Shown: one piece after another, positions 38,210 to 49,732 of the stretch | Numbering within the stretch: the stretch's first letter is position 1 | Layout of the letters: each line of letters opens with the position of its first letter | From: Narcine bancroftii | Lineage: Eukaryota | NCBI RefSeq assembly: GCF_036971445.1 | Contig: NC_091472.1 | Span: forward strand, 40,238,001-40,302,000 | DNA: 64,000 nucleotides | Reading direction: 5' to 3' | Notes under the pieces: model-generated | Told to the model about the DNA's origin: nothing | The model's input: only the letters and a program-made list of their open reading frames with translations | The model's database searches: none | Position numbers and translations under genes: made by a program

Positions 38210-39040
38210 CAGTTTGCAAATAATCTTTTCCCTCCTCCACTCCTCTTTCAGCTCTGGCACTCTGGTTCCCATCCCCCACGAAATCTAGTTTAAATCCATC
38301 GAAGCAGCACTAACAAACCTTCCCGCAAGGATATTAGTCACCCTCCAGTTCAGATGCAAACCATCCGAACGGAACAGGTCACACCTTCCTTGGAAGGGAG
38401 CCCAATGATCCAGAAACCTGAAACCCTCCCTCTTGCATAATATACACAGAGTTGTCAGTGCCTCGAATGCCTTGCCGGGGATGGTGGTGGAGGCTGTAAC
38501 ACTGGGGCATTTAAGAGACTCTTAGACAGACACATGGATGAAAGAAAAAGAGGGTTATGGGTTAGCGAGGATTTAATACTTATTTTTAAAGGAAGGAATA
38601 TATGGGTCATCACAACATTGAGGGCTGAGGGTCCTGTACTGTATTGTTCTATGTCTTTAGCCACAGTAAAACTGCATTATCCTCCTATTTCTAACATGTG
38701 GCACAGGTTGCAATCGAGAGATCACAACCCTGGAGGTCTTGTGCTTCAACCTAAGGCCGAACTCCCTGAACTCTCCTTGCAGGATCTCCTCCTTACCCTT
38801 CCTACCCACATCATTGGTCTCTATATGGACCATGACATCTGGCTGCTCACCCTCCCTCATCAGAATGCTGCGAACTCGATCTGACCCTGCAAACACCATC
38901 CAGGATACTCAAACTCTTCCACAGAACCTCTTATCTGTCCCCACCATTATGGAATCCCCTATCCTTACAGCTCACCTCTTCTCCTCCCTTCTCTTCTTAG
39001 CCACAGGACCAGACTCTATGCCAGAGACCTGATCGCTGTG
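38210..39040 (-). mobile_element. CR1 ORF1 (SGNH esterase-like) remnant with a + strand CR1 tail inserted (approx. 38445-38652)
   Basis: ORF 38657-38899 EGEQPDVMVHIETNDVGRK..EFRE.G.RLK..TSRVVISRLQPVP. Confidence 0.8.
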
Positions 39041-39402
39041 CCTTGTATTGTATCGTATGATATCATACGAGAATATTGATGTGCAAGTAGAATGAAGAGA
39101 CCCGTTCTTGTATAATATATTCAGTAACAACTGGCTATTAGACAGATTTCGAAAACAAAATTTCTGCACATATTATTATTTTTACTGGCATGGACCCAAT
39201 TCAAAGCTTATAGCCCCATAGCTATTTACCTTCTCATCCATTTTAGAGCGAAAATGAAGATCAAATGCTTTTACTGGTAACCATTCAGTTTGGCATTCTT
39301 AAATCAATTTTCAGGTACAATTTAAATAACTTGCAATTTGACACTGCAATGCAACATACAAGTCAGAGGTAAAACACAGGATTTTGTTGACACCGTGGTT
39401 CA

Positions 39403-39612
39403 GTGAAAAAAAACACACACAAATGCTGGAGAAACTCAGCAGGTCAAACCATGCCTTTATGTAGTAAAGGTAAAGATACATCACCAACGTTTCGGGCTTG
39501 AGCCCTTCATCAAGGTGGGAACCTGAAACATTGATGATGTATCATCACCTTTGCTACATAAAGACACTGTTTGACCTGTGAGTTTCTCCAGCATTTTGTG
39601 TGTTTTTTTCAC
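39403..39612. repeat. Fold-back (inverted-repeat) element derived from a Penelope terminal repeat
   Basis: Arms of ~90 bp: aaaacacacacaaatgctggagaaactcagcaggtcaaac..ctttatgtag..gatacatca / tgatgtatc..ctacataaag..gtttgacctg.tgagtttctccagcattttgtgtgtttt. Confidence 0.9.
39482..39517 (-). ncRNA. Minimal type I hammerhead ribozyme-like motif
   Basis: Minus strand reads CACC-UUGAUGA-A-GGGC-UCAA-GCCC-GAAA-CG-UU-GGUG: stem I CACC/GGUG, stem II GGGC/GCCC, GAAA and palindromic ACGU. Core C3 is replaced by U. Activity untested. Confidence 0.65.
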
Positions 39613-39939
39613 ATTCAAGGCAGAATCTCTTTACAATTGATCAGGAATAAGTATTCCTAATATTTCAGTTTTTTATTTTAATTGCATTGAAGGAGACTGG
39701 GTCCTGTCAGAATTAAGTCTCCAAAATAAGATGCTGGTCAGGTGGACAGGAAAGATGGTGTGGCATTTTGCATTAAGTCTTGTGTAGTACATAAAATGTA
39801 TATATCTTTAAAAATTGTTATATAAATTTTGATGAGAAATTGCTCACCTTCAATAAATGATTTTTGTTCAAGATTTTATCTTTGTTGCTTATTTTACTAA
39901 ATAGTAACAGAAAAAAAAACTTGTGGGCATCACAATGAG

Positions 39940-40470
39940 AACAAGTTTGGGATGTTGTTGCCTGAGGGTTCAACACAAGGAGGCCAATCCATAGGTTCAT
40001 AAGAGTGGCAGAGAGGATCACTGGAGTCTCCACCCCTCTTCCCCCCACCCCCACCCCATTGCCGTGATCTACCAGGATCGCTGTCTGAAGAAGATGCCCA
40101 AAATCATTGCAGTCCCCCTTCCATCCCACTCACTGCTCCTTCCAACTGCTCCCGTCAGGAAAGTTACAAGAGTGTAAGAACCAGCACCACCACCAGGCTG
40201 AGGAACAGTTTCTTCCCACAGGCAGTGAGAATGCTGAACAACCAAAGGAATGGCTCACATTAACCATCTGAGACTCTAATATTTATGAATTAGTACTTAT
40301 TTATTTGTATATACAAATAACAATATACAACCGAGTACTTGTCCTGCATATGCATATGCATTCGTCTGTATATTTTTTGTCTGGTTGTGTGTCTGCATGT
40401 TTTGCACCAAAGACCAGAGAAAGCTGTTTCGTCAGGTTGTACTTGTGCAATCAGATGACAAAAACTTGAC
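39940..40470 (+). mobile_element. Rex1/Babar LINE 3' end
   Basis: AERITGVS, FQLLPSG, TTRLRNSFFPQAVRMLN; tail aaacttgactt. Confidence 0.8.
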
Positions 40471-40729
40471 TTAAGAAAGAGCACTGGGCAGCATGGGCAC
40501 AGTGAATACGTTAGGAAATGGAAATTGCAAGTGACCACAATAATTCACTTGTATATAGAAAAGTAAATGGCATCAAGGACAAAGAACAGAATAATGAAAC
40601 TATTTATCAAAGGCTACGAGGAGTAGGGCTGGAGACTTCAATCTTCTTCAGTTTAATCGTGTCACAAACCAAAGAAGCAGTCCCTTCTGAAGCTATTGTC
40701 GACTTGTTAAAATTACCATTTAACCTGGC

Positions 40730-40925
40730 ACCTCAGATTTTTCAGTTACCCGTTCCCTTTGCCCCATCCATCCATTCTGACCCTCTCTGCAATTTAAAAC
40801 AAACTTGTTTTCTCTCCTTCTTAATTCAGATATGGAGGATCTTTGACATAACTGCTTCTTTTCCTATTAAAGACTGTCTAACCTGATGAGTGTTTCCAAC
40901 AGTTTCTGCTTTCATTTCTGAAACC
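40730..40925 (+). mobile_element. Decayed Penelope terminal repeat
   Basis: cctgatgagtgtttccaacagtttctgctttcatttc terminal motif after a pyrimidine-rich tract. Confidence 0.5.
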
Positions 40926-41369
40926 TGAAGTAACTCCTTGTTCAGTTTAAAAGACACTGGGAAATAGGAACAATTGCAAGACCATTTTAGATCAAGTTAA
41001 GCAGGAGTGATTGGTATTTGGATGAAATGATGAGAGAATTTAAATTGAGCTGTTTTGCAAGTGAGTGGACCAATCAATATTTGAGGGTCAACGTAGGATG
41101 GCTTCTGAGGTGGAAATGTCATTCAAATATACAAAGGAGCTTTGTGTGATGGAGTGCAGATGTCAGCCTGTGAAGAAAGTGATTATCACAGGTGCAGATC
41201 AACTGCATAGGCATGATACCAATGGGACTGCAGAAGCTTTAGAAGCCACAAGCATGGTTTTCACAATATCGAGGTGGGAGAGTCCAGGTATTGGAATCAA
41301 TATGCGAGAGGGTTCTGAAGAATTCCTGATTGTATCGAAGGTGTGCATCGAGTTGTTGATGGTTTAGAC

Positions 41370-42270
41370 TACAGTGTCTCAAAGTTTTTCCACTCATATA
41401 CCACTTTAAGTATTCCCTGTGCCATAGGTGCTCTGTGATTAGTAAAGGATTACTTAAAGTGGTATGTGAGTGGAAAGAAAAAGTTTGAAAACCACTGTTT
41501 AATCATACCTAATTGACTCGTTATGTGTACGGTTTCATAACTCCAATGACAGTTTATCTCAAGCAAAATGTTTCAGTAATAATTGGACAGTGGTTCTCAA
41601 CCATTTTTTCCCACTCACATACCACCTGGATTCTTTTCTTTGGCTTGGCTTCGCGGACGAAGATTTATGGAGGGGGTAAATGTCCACGTCAGCTGCAGGC
41701 TCGTTTGTGGCTGACAAGTCCGATGCGGGACAGGCAGACACGGTTGCAGCGGTTGCAGGGGAAAATTGGTTGGTTGGGTGTTGGGTTTTTCCTCCTTTGC
41801 CTTTTGTCAGTGAGGTGGACTCTGCGGTCTTCTTCAAAGGAGGTTGCTGCCCGCCGAACTGTGAGGCGCCAAGATGCACGGTTTGAGGCGATATCAGCCC
41901 ACTGGCGGTCGTCAATGTGGCAGGCACCAAGAGATTTCTTTAGGCAGTCCTTGTACCTTTTCTTTGGTGCACCTCTGTCACGGTGGCCAGTGGAGAGCTC
42001 GCCATATAACACGATCTTGGGAAGGCGATGGTCCTCCATTCTGGAGACGTGACCCATCCAGCGCAGCTGGATCTTCAGCAGCGTGGACTCGATGCATCCC
42101 CGATCCAAACACTGGCACCTTCTAGACTACATCCTGGTGCGAGAAAGTAACAAACGAGATGTGCTCCACACCAAAAACCACCTGGGTTCTTCCTTACTAA
42201 TCACAGAGCACCTATGGCATAGGAATTACTTAAGTGGTATGTGAGTGGAAAAAAAAATTGGAAAACTGTG
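41370..42270. mobile_element. hAT-like MITE split by an RTE insertion
   Basis: cagtg.ctcaa..ttccactca.ataccac..gtggtatgtgagtggaaa units at 41370-41630 and 42180-42270. Confidence 0.75.
41636..42176 (-). mobile_element. Young RTE (BovB-like) LINE, 5'-truncated, with an inverted endonuclease piece
   Basis: Uninterrupted ORF 41689-42108 QLRWMGHVSRMEDHRLPKIVLYGEL..GAPKKRYKDCLK..CNRCNRVCLSRIGLVSH; flanked by accacctggRttctt duplication (41621-41635, 42177-42191). Confidence 0.92.
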
Positions 42271-42479
42271 GTTGTGGAGGCAGTGGGAGTGCTGGAAGAA
42301 AAACCATGAGCATTTGACTCTGGAGATACTCTCTTTTGCTTCTCTTTCTCGAGCAGTGAGGGACACTGGGCAATTTCTGCTGATAGAGAATCTGCATCTG
42401 CCTTACGGTAGACTAAAGGAAGTTCCATGTAATATCACACTTTCTGTTATATTGCATGACAAAATAATCTTGAATCTAC

Positions 42480-42655
42480 ATCACCAGAGACCCAGGTTCA
42501 AATCCAGCACCGTCAGTTAGGAGTTTGTATGTTTTCTGGCTTCTCCAGTTTCCTTCCATCCTCCAAATCATACTGGATTGTTAGATTATTTGGTTGTATT
42601 TGGGCTGCATGGGTTTCATGGGCCAGAAAGGCTTTTTACAGTGTTGTAACTCAAA
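42480..42655 (+). mobile_element. SINE copy
   Basis: cccaggttcaaatcc B-box, ggagtttgtatg core, gggccagaagg-like tail. Confidence 0.7.
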
Positions 42656-43058
42656 AAATATGCCCATGCCTTTAAGCCACTGGTGGACAAGTTGCAATGA
42701 AATTTAGAAAAACAACAATGGGATGCCTGATAAAGATCCAATGATTGGGCTACTTGACCACAAGAGTTTCAAAATGCATACTGGGTGGTATTTTATTTAG
42801 GAGCTAGTAAGTCACACTGAACAATGTTGACGATGAGAAAACTATCTGCTGCATGCATCACAAAATTTGTTTCTGAAACAAATGAACACTAATACGGAGG
42901 GTCAGAGTTACTTGACCATATTATAGATACAAGAAGTTGTATGCTAATATCAAATTGCCACATGTGTTTAAATTGTCTCTAAATATCATTCAGGCTTTTG
43001 ACACTAACACCAAAGGGGGTAATTTCAAGTTCTTAAGTAACATTTAGCAGAACCATAT

Positions 43059-43251
43059 ACAAAAGGCAAAGGAGGAAAAACCCAACACCCAACCCCAACC
43101 AACCAATTTTCCCCTGCAGCCGCTGCAACCGTGTCTGCCTGTCCCGCATCGGACTTGTCAGCCACAAACGAGCCTGCAGCTGACGTGGACTTTTTACCCC
43201 CCTCCATAAATCTTCGTCCGCGAAGCCAAGCCAAAGAAAGAAGAAGAAGAA
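43059..43251 (+). mobile_element. Short 3' RTE fragment, nearly identical to the 41636 copy
   Basis: caaaaggcaaaggaggaaaaacccaac...gccaagccaaagaaa followed by a (gaa)n tail. Confidence 0.92.
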
Positions 43252-43734
43252 TAAGCGATTGAAATGGAACAAATGTAAATTTATGCAACTAAAAGTTGTT
43301 AACTAGGGCTTCAGAAGTGACTGAATTTGACAGATACCTGCTTCAGAGAAAGTTGGTATTAATTTTTCTGGATAGAATATTCGGAGTAATGTTTTGAAAC
43401 TATCAGATTTGCCCACCATATTGAGTAATCCTTACTACAGTGTACACTGGGTGGCCTGGCTCTGGGGAGTACAGGTATGTGGCACAATCCTTAGTAGAGA
43501 GTCTTCGTCAATTCATTACGACTTACCATAAAGCTTTACAATGCCTCCTGCTGTGGGATGCGCCCAGTCATCAATCATGCTTATGTAATGAGCTGTCACT
43601 TAATGTAGTCATGTCATTGTTGAGAACAAATATGCACAAATTTAGAGGCTTTGATCTTGGGGTCACTATCTTAGAATACACTATATTTCAGGCATTTTAT
43701 TTTGGCCACTGAACACAATTCAGTAGTAGTTTCA

Positions 43735-43830
43735 TACACAAGAATGCTGGAAAAACTCATCAGGCCAGCAGCATCTATAGAAAGCAAAGGGTAACCAATG
43801 TTTCTGGCTTGAGCGCTTTGTCATCAGTAG
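43735..43830 (-). mobile_element. Penelope terminal-repeat fragment with degenerate hammerhead
   Basis: Minus strand reads ctgatgacaaagcgctcaagccagaaacattgg...ctgatgagtttttccagcattcttgtg. Confidence 0.6.
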
Positions 43831-44337
43831 TTTGACAGCTTTGGGGAAAATTTAAACCATTCTAATAACACAGCTACAGAATTACTAATTTTGTTTTTTG
43901 TTATTGCTTCGTCTGGCTTATTTTGTGGAAGACAGAGTCATGACCACACTTTCAAATTTCATATGAATGTGTTGCTACAGCTGCCGTAAAAGGAGACAAT
44001 GTCCAGCTTGGAGGAGGGCATTTTCCCGCCATGTTGCTGGAGACAATATATCAGACACAGCTAATGAGAATGCTTGAGAGACTCATGCAGATGTTTCTCT
44101 GCACTAGGTATAATGTGCATAGATCAAGTGGATTAGAGATGGGAATGACTGACCAGATGAGATCCTCATGGAGAAGAGCCAGTGCATCAGCACTGCCTTA
44201 AATGAGGTCATCGAGTTATACTTCCAAAGGCACCACAAACATGCACAATGAAGAACATCGATGGTCAGGGAAGGGCTGTAAGAGCAGAAAACTAAGGAGA
44301 TGATGGAATGTACATCTTGTTTTTAACAAGAGATGAC

Positions 44338-44612
44338 AGGGCAGCACGGTTGAAGTAGTGATTAGCGCCACGCCCTTACAGCGCCAGTGATCTGGACTGG
44401 GGTTCAAATTCCTCGCTGTCTGTAGGGAGTTTATACTTTCTTCCCGTGTCTGCATGGGTTATTCCCCCGAGGGCTCTGGTTTGCTCCCACCATTTGAAAC
44501 GTAGCGGGGGTGTAGGTTAATTGGGTATAAATTGGGCAGTACAAACTCGTGGGCCAAAATGGCCTGTTACCATGCTGCAGGTATAAATTTAATTTAAAAT
44601 TTTTAAAATTCA
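44338..44612 (+). mobile_element. Full-length tRNA-derived SINE
   Basis: gggcagcacggttgaagtagtgattagc A-box-like head, ggttcaaattcc B-box, core ctctggtttgctcccacc, LINE-like tail gggccaaaatggcctgttaccatgctg. Confidence 0.85.
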
Positions 44613-44871
44613 AATGTAAAACAACTCCCTGCATATTCAACTTGAAAATAAAAGAACAATTTTCTGGTTTATTTCATATACAGTTCTGAAACATGCAAGC
44701 CCAGTCCTCAATGTTAATGATGAACTAATATCACAATAAAACTGTATTAGTGGTTGACATTAAGAATACCTGTACAAGAAAATGAGATAATATAGACCCA
44801 CAACCTGCTCACTATTTAACAAGATTACGGATGAACTCATGCATATCCAGAACCACAATACCCCAATTCCT

Positions 44872-45900
44872 CTCTTTTTCTTTTAATATGTTTTTATTGC
44901 ATTTAACATAATGAGCATACTTAATAAATGACAAATACATAATTAATCAATTGTATACAAGCCAATACATACCAAAGGGAGAACAAAAATAATAAAGTAT
45001 GCATATCTAAATTCCATCTAGTAGTTTATGCAGACATTGATCTTTATTGTGACAAATGCAAAATTTTTGAAGCCTCTCTGATTCGTATGCTCTGGGAATG
45101 CCCACATTTAGAGAGATTCTGGAAAGAGATTTTTCAAACTCTGTGAATGAATGCACATAATGAATGCAATCATGTCAGACCCATTATAGGACTGTTATAT
45201 TAAAATAATAAGGATTAAAAAAAAGAAAAAACCTAAAGGACTAAAACCAACCTAATCCCCTTCCTCTAATCAAGGTTACTTTTTTCTTGGAAAAGAAATC
45301 AATACTGATGTGGAATCACTGGTGACCCCCGGAGAACAGATGAAGGATTATCGGAACATACAATACTTATTGACTCTTCCAATTATAAAAACATTCTAAG
45401 AATGGGCCCCATAGCTTCATAAATTGAAACTTTCTATCTTTAATATTATATCTGATTTTCTCTAAACTTAAACAGGTCATTACATCACATAGTCACTGCA
45501 TATTATCAGGGGATGAATCTCCTTACCATTTCAATGTCGTAAAAGCTAAGACTTTTTCTTGAGATGCCGATAAAGGTTCATCTGAGTTGCGTGAAAAGCC
45601 AAACTGAGCAATTCATGGACAGGGTTCCAAGTTAATCTTAAAATTTGTTGATAGAGTTTGAAAAATCTCTTTCCAGAATCTCTCTAAATGTGGGCATTCC
45701 CAGAGAATATGAATCAGAGGGGCTTCAAAAATTTTGCATTTTTCACAATAAAGATCAATGTCTTCATAAAAATGTAAGTTTAGATATATGAATTCTGTGC
45801 ACCACCTTAAATTGTAATAAATTGAGGTATAAAATGAGGAATCATTAATCAAGCTGAGAGTAGAGAACCAAACTTCATCTGAAAATGTTATATTCAAGTC
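44872..45900 (-). mobile_element. L1/Tx1-type LINE 3' fragment
   Basis: ORF 45613-45897 CEKCKIFEAPLIHILWECPHLERFWKEIFQTLS (zf-RVT C..C...H..W.C motif); T-rich tail with tttattg. Confidence 0.85.
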
Positions 45901-46982
45901 TCCTTCCTAATTCCTCTCAGTAGCAAAAATCTATTTTGTCTATCAGCCTTGAGCACACTTGGTGACTGAGTAGCCGCAACTTTCTATAAGATTCATAGCT
46001 CAGAGTAAAATAAAATCCTCCTGACATTATTAAACAACCTCCCACTTTCTAGAGCCATGCTGCCGACCTCTCAGCTCAAAAGCTAAGAGAAACAACCTCT
46101 CCATATCAGTGCTGTCAAGCAATTTCAGGATCTTGTATGTTTCAACTGATAACCTTCCAGCCTTCTAATCTCCAGAAAACAAAGGCCCATTCTAATACTT
46201 TTGGGACTTTGCATCAGTAGGAGAAGTGGTGGGGTGGGGGTTGGGGGGAGGTTGGTTCGGGGAGAGCAGATGGTGGTGTGTGAACAAATATCAGCAAGGA
46301 ATTTTTCCAACATACTTTTAACAGTAGAATTCTGAAAGGGCAAATATTGACGACCTCCTGTAGAGTTTTACAGCACAGAAACAGGCCCTTTGGCCTAACT
46401 TGTCCATGTCAACTAAGTTGTCTGTTAAAACCAGTTCTACTTTCCTGCCATTGGTCCATATCCTTTCAAATCTTTTGTATTCATGCACCTATCTAAATGT
46501 CACAAAATGCTCATTTCTACCACTTTCTACCACTTTCTCATCTCTACCACTTTCTCTGGCTGCTATAACATGCCACGATCAAATCTTTAGTAAGGAACAA
46601 CAGCCAATATTCACTTTTCAAAATGATTCCTTTCTGAGCTACAATTGATAAAATTCCTTCATGGCTTGGGGTTGATGGAGGAATATTTCTTCCCCTACTT
46701 TGCATTCTAGAATGAGATTTGACAGCCTCAAAACTAGGGGATCAACATTTAGGAATAAGAAGACAAGAAATATTATCACCTGGGGGTAGTCAGTGGAACT
46801 GCCTACTCCAGCAGGCTCAAAGGACCAAATACCAAACTCTGGCTTCTGTTCCTTGTTTTCTCAGTTAATGAAGAGCTCAGCATCTTTACCATTAAAGAAA
46901 AGATTAATTTCCCAGTAGAATTGTATTTTCAATGCATTCTGGAAACTTTATTCTTATTTTATGCGCTGAGCACAACTATCTT

Positions 46983-47632
46983 TAGGCCCTTTCAAACTGC
47001 CAAGTAAAATGGAGTTAACTGGGCAATTCACATGGTTAGCGACCCAGTTACATGGCGATTTGAAAGGGTCCAACTGGGTCAACCCGTTCAGAACCTAACT
47101 GGGTCAGGGAACCCAGTAAAACTTACCTGGGCATCCTGGTCCAGCAGTTTGAAAAGGGGAAATGGCCAACCCAGTTCTTCTGGTGATGTCACAGGGAAAC
47201 CCCTGGCTGAGGTGCCATCGCCGTGACCGGGGAGAGAGAGGCTGCTACCACAATGTTCCACTGCTGCGAACACCACTCCGGTCATGGCGATGGCTCAATT
47301 CGGGAGTGCGGGAGCAATGGCTGTCTTCCTTACCCATAATCCCCCATACTGCTGGAACTGCTCTGGGTGGTGATTATTGATGGGGGTGGATACTGACAGC
47401 CAGTGGTGGCGGAGGGGGGGATGGGGGAAATTGATGGCCAATTGTTCCTGTGAGTATGTGAAGCGTCACTCATCATGTTATCGCGGGGGCAGGATCCCCC
47501 TTAAATCGCCGGGTTGGCAATTTAACAGTTATGTTCATCTGCGATTTGAAAGGTGCATCCTGCACCCACTAACCAGCAATCGCACCCGGGTCCCAGGAAG
47601 GCTACCTGGGTGTTGTAGTTGGAAAGGGCCTA
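46983..47632. mobile_element. Non-autonomous DNA transposon (PIF/Harbinger-like MITE)
   Basis: TIRs TAGGCCCTTTCAAACTGC ... GTAGTTGGAAAGGGCCTA; internal reiterated tttgaaagg; GC-rich. Confidence 0.8.
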
Positions 47633-48969
47633 CTGACAAAATCAAGCAATGCACCCATACAAGTTTGTGATCATGCTGGAAAATGGCATTTAATGGAGAT
47701 TACAGATAAACAAAGTCGCAACTGACATCAGAACACAAACTATTTATACTTCTGTAATATGATCAGGGGGGAAAAAAGTAATAGTCTAAGAGTTTTTTTT
47801 AATCATTTATCTCTGTGGCCCTGCAATGACCTTTTTTCCCCTGGTTAACATGCTTCCTGAAACAGTCACATGCATAACCAGAAATTGCACCTGCCAACAC
47901 ATACAAACCCATATTGTGCTTCAGTGGCCTCTCTCTCTCTGTCTTGTTTACCTCTACTTCATCATAGACTGCAAACCTCAACTTCCGTGTACGGCCTCAA
48001 GAATGACTATATTGGACCGTTTCTCGTGGGAAATATTGCAATCTTCTCTTTATATGCACTGGCTGAATTTCTAGCTATGATTAAGCATCAAGTTTTGTGA
48101 ACACTTACCAAAGATTTACTTGGTTTCAAATTAAAGGGGTTCTTAATTTTCAATTTTTTTTTCTAAAAAAATTCTACTCATTTAAAAATAAGTAGTAGTG
48201 CTGAAGAGGGGATGATCCTTCCTTTATACCAGTGTTTACCCTAATCAGATATTTCCTCTAGACAATAACACAAAAGTACTTCTGCACAAATCTAAAGAAA
48301 AATGGACTTCAACTTTAAAGCTCATGAACTACACCTCCAAAGGTAGTAGAAAGAGAATCAATTTCCTGTGCAAAACATGGTTCTAATTGACATTATTTGA
48401 TCAGGTCGAGTCCCTCCTTATTTCTGTCACATATGATTGAGATTGGGCCAGATTTGTTATATTCATCTTTAGGTAAATTAACATGAATTGGAGGCAGCAC
48501 TCATTGGCATCTACACCTGAATGCCAAGGAGAAATAATTTCAGATGCCATAACTTTCAGCTGCAGCACTGAAAGCAAACCGAGATATTATTAAGCAGTTA
48601 TATATTCTGCAACATTGCTTTGAATTTAAAATACAATCAATATTTTGAGTCTTAAAATGAAAAAGACAAAAGAAACTCCTGGAAATATATAGTTCATCAG
48701 ATCTAGAGTAAGACAGCACAAAATCTGATCATTCAAAGTAGTGGCTCAGATATCTTGCAACCAAACTCCAAATTTTGGTGACAAATTTTATCGACTAAAA
48801 AAAATGTATTCCTTCAAGAGCTCTCTTTTCCATGTCCAAAATTCATTGGGCTTTTAACACTTTACAGAATTGATCTTTCACAAAAAACTCAGAATAAAAG
48901 ATTGTGTAATATCAGTAATTAATATTTAGGTAGAACAATTTATTCTGTGGATAGGAGCAGGAGGAAACA

Positions 48970-49222
48970 AATTTTAAATTTAAATTTTACATTTTTAAAT
49001 TTTAAATGTAGACATACAGCACAGTAACAGGCCCTTCCAGCCCAGGAGCCAGGCCATCAAAATAACCTAATTAATCTACAGCCCTGTACGCTTTGAAAGA
49101 AGAGGAAAAAACCAGAAGCCCAGAGGAAACCAACACTGCATGGGGAGAATGTACAAACGCCTTAAAGACATTCAAATCTGGGCCACTGGCGCTGAAATAA
49201 CATTGTGCTAACCACATTGCCC
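48970..49222 (-). mobile_element. SINE copy
   Basis: tagacatacagcacagtaacaggccc...ggggagaatgtacaaac...ctggcgctg. Confidence 0.8.
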
Positions 49223-49379
49223 TATAGAGTCTATATACGTAGCAAATTTTCAAATTTCCTGACCATGTTCATGGCATATTAATCCTAAAGACAAATGCAA
49301 TATGCAACTCTATGACATGCAGTTCTGAAAAAAGACAAACCATAGCTTCAATGCTAGTGGCCAACCCATGCAACTGTAA

Positions 49380-49732
49380 TTCAGTGATTCTTAACCTTTT
49401 TCTTTCCACTCACATATATTTTAAGTATTCCCTATGCCATAGGTGCTTAAAGTGGTATGTGGGTGAAAAGAAAAAGTTTGAAAACCACTATTTTAATCTA
49501 TCTAATTGACTCATTGTGTGCACGGTTTCATAATTCCAAAGGAAATGGGCCAAAAACAATTTTTCTCAAGTAAAATATTTCAGTAACAATTGGGTCTAGA
49601 GCAGTGATTTTCAACCTTCCTTTCCCACTCACATACCACCCTAAGCAATCCTTTACTAATCACAGAGCACCAATAGCCTAGGGGTGACTTAAAGTGGTAG
49701 GTGAGTGGAAAGAAAAAGGATGAGAACCACTC
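49380..49732. mobile_element. hAT-like MITE (two palindromic units)
   Basis: Same units as at 22840 and 41370; internal ggtctagagcagtg junction. Confidence 0.75.

Noticed and set aside
43981-44210. Possible exon or Harbinger transposase remnant
   Set aside because: No convincing motif or splice pair.
44338-44415. tRNA gene
   Set aside because: The A/B boxes belong to a SINE head; no complete cloverleaf.
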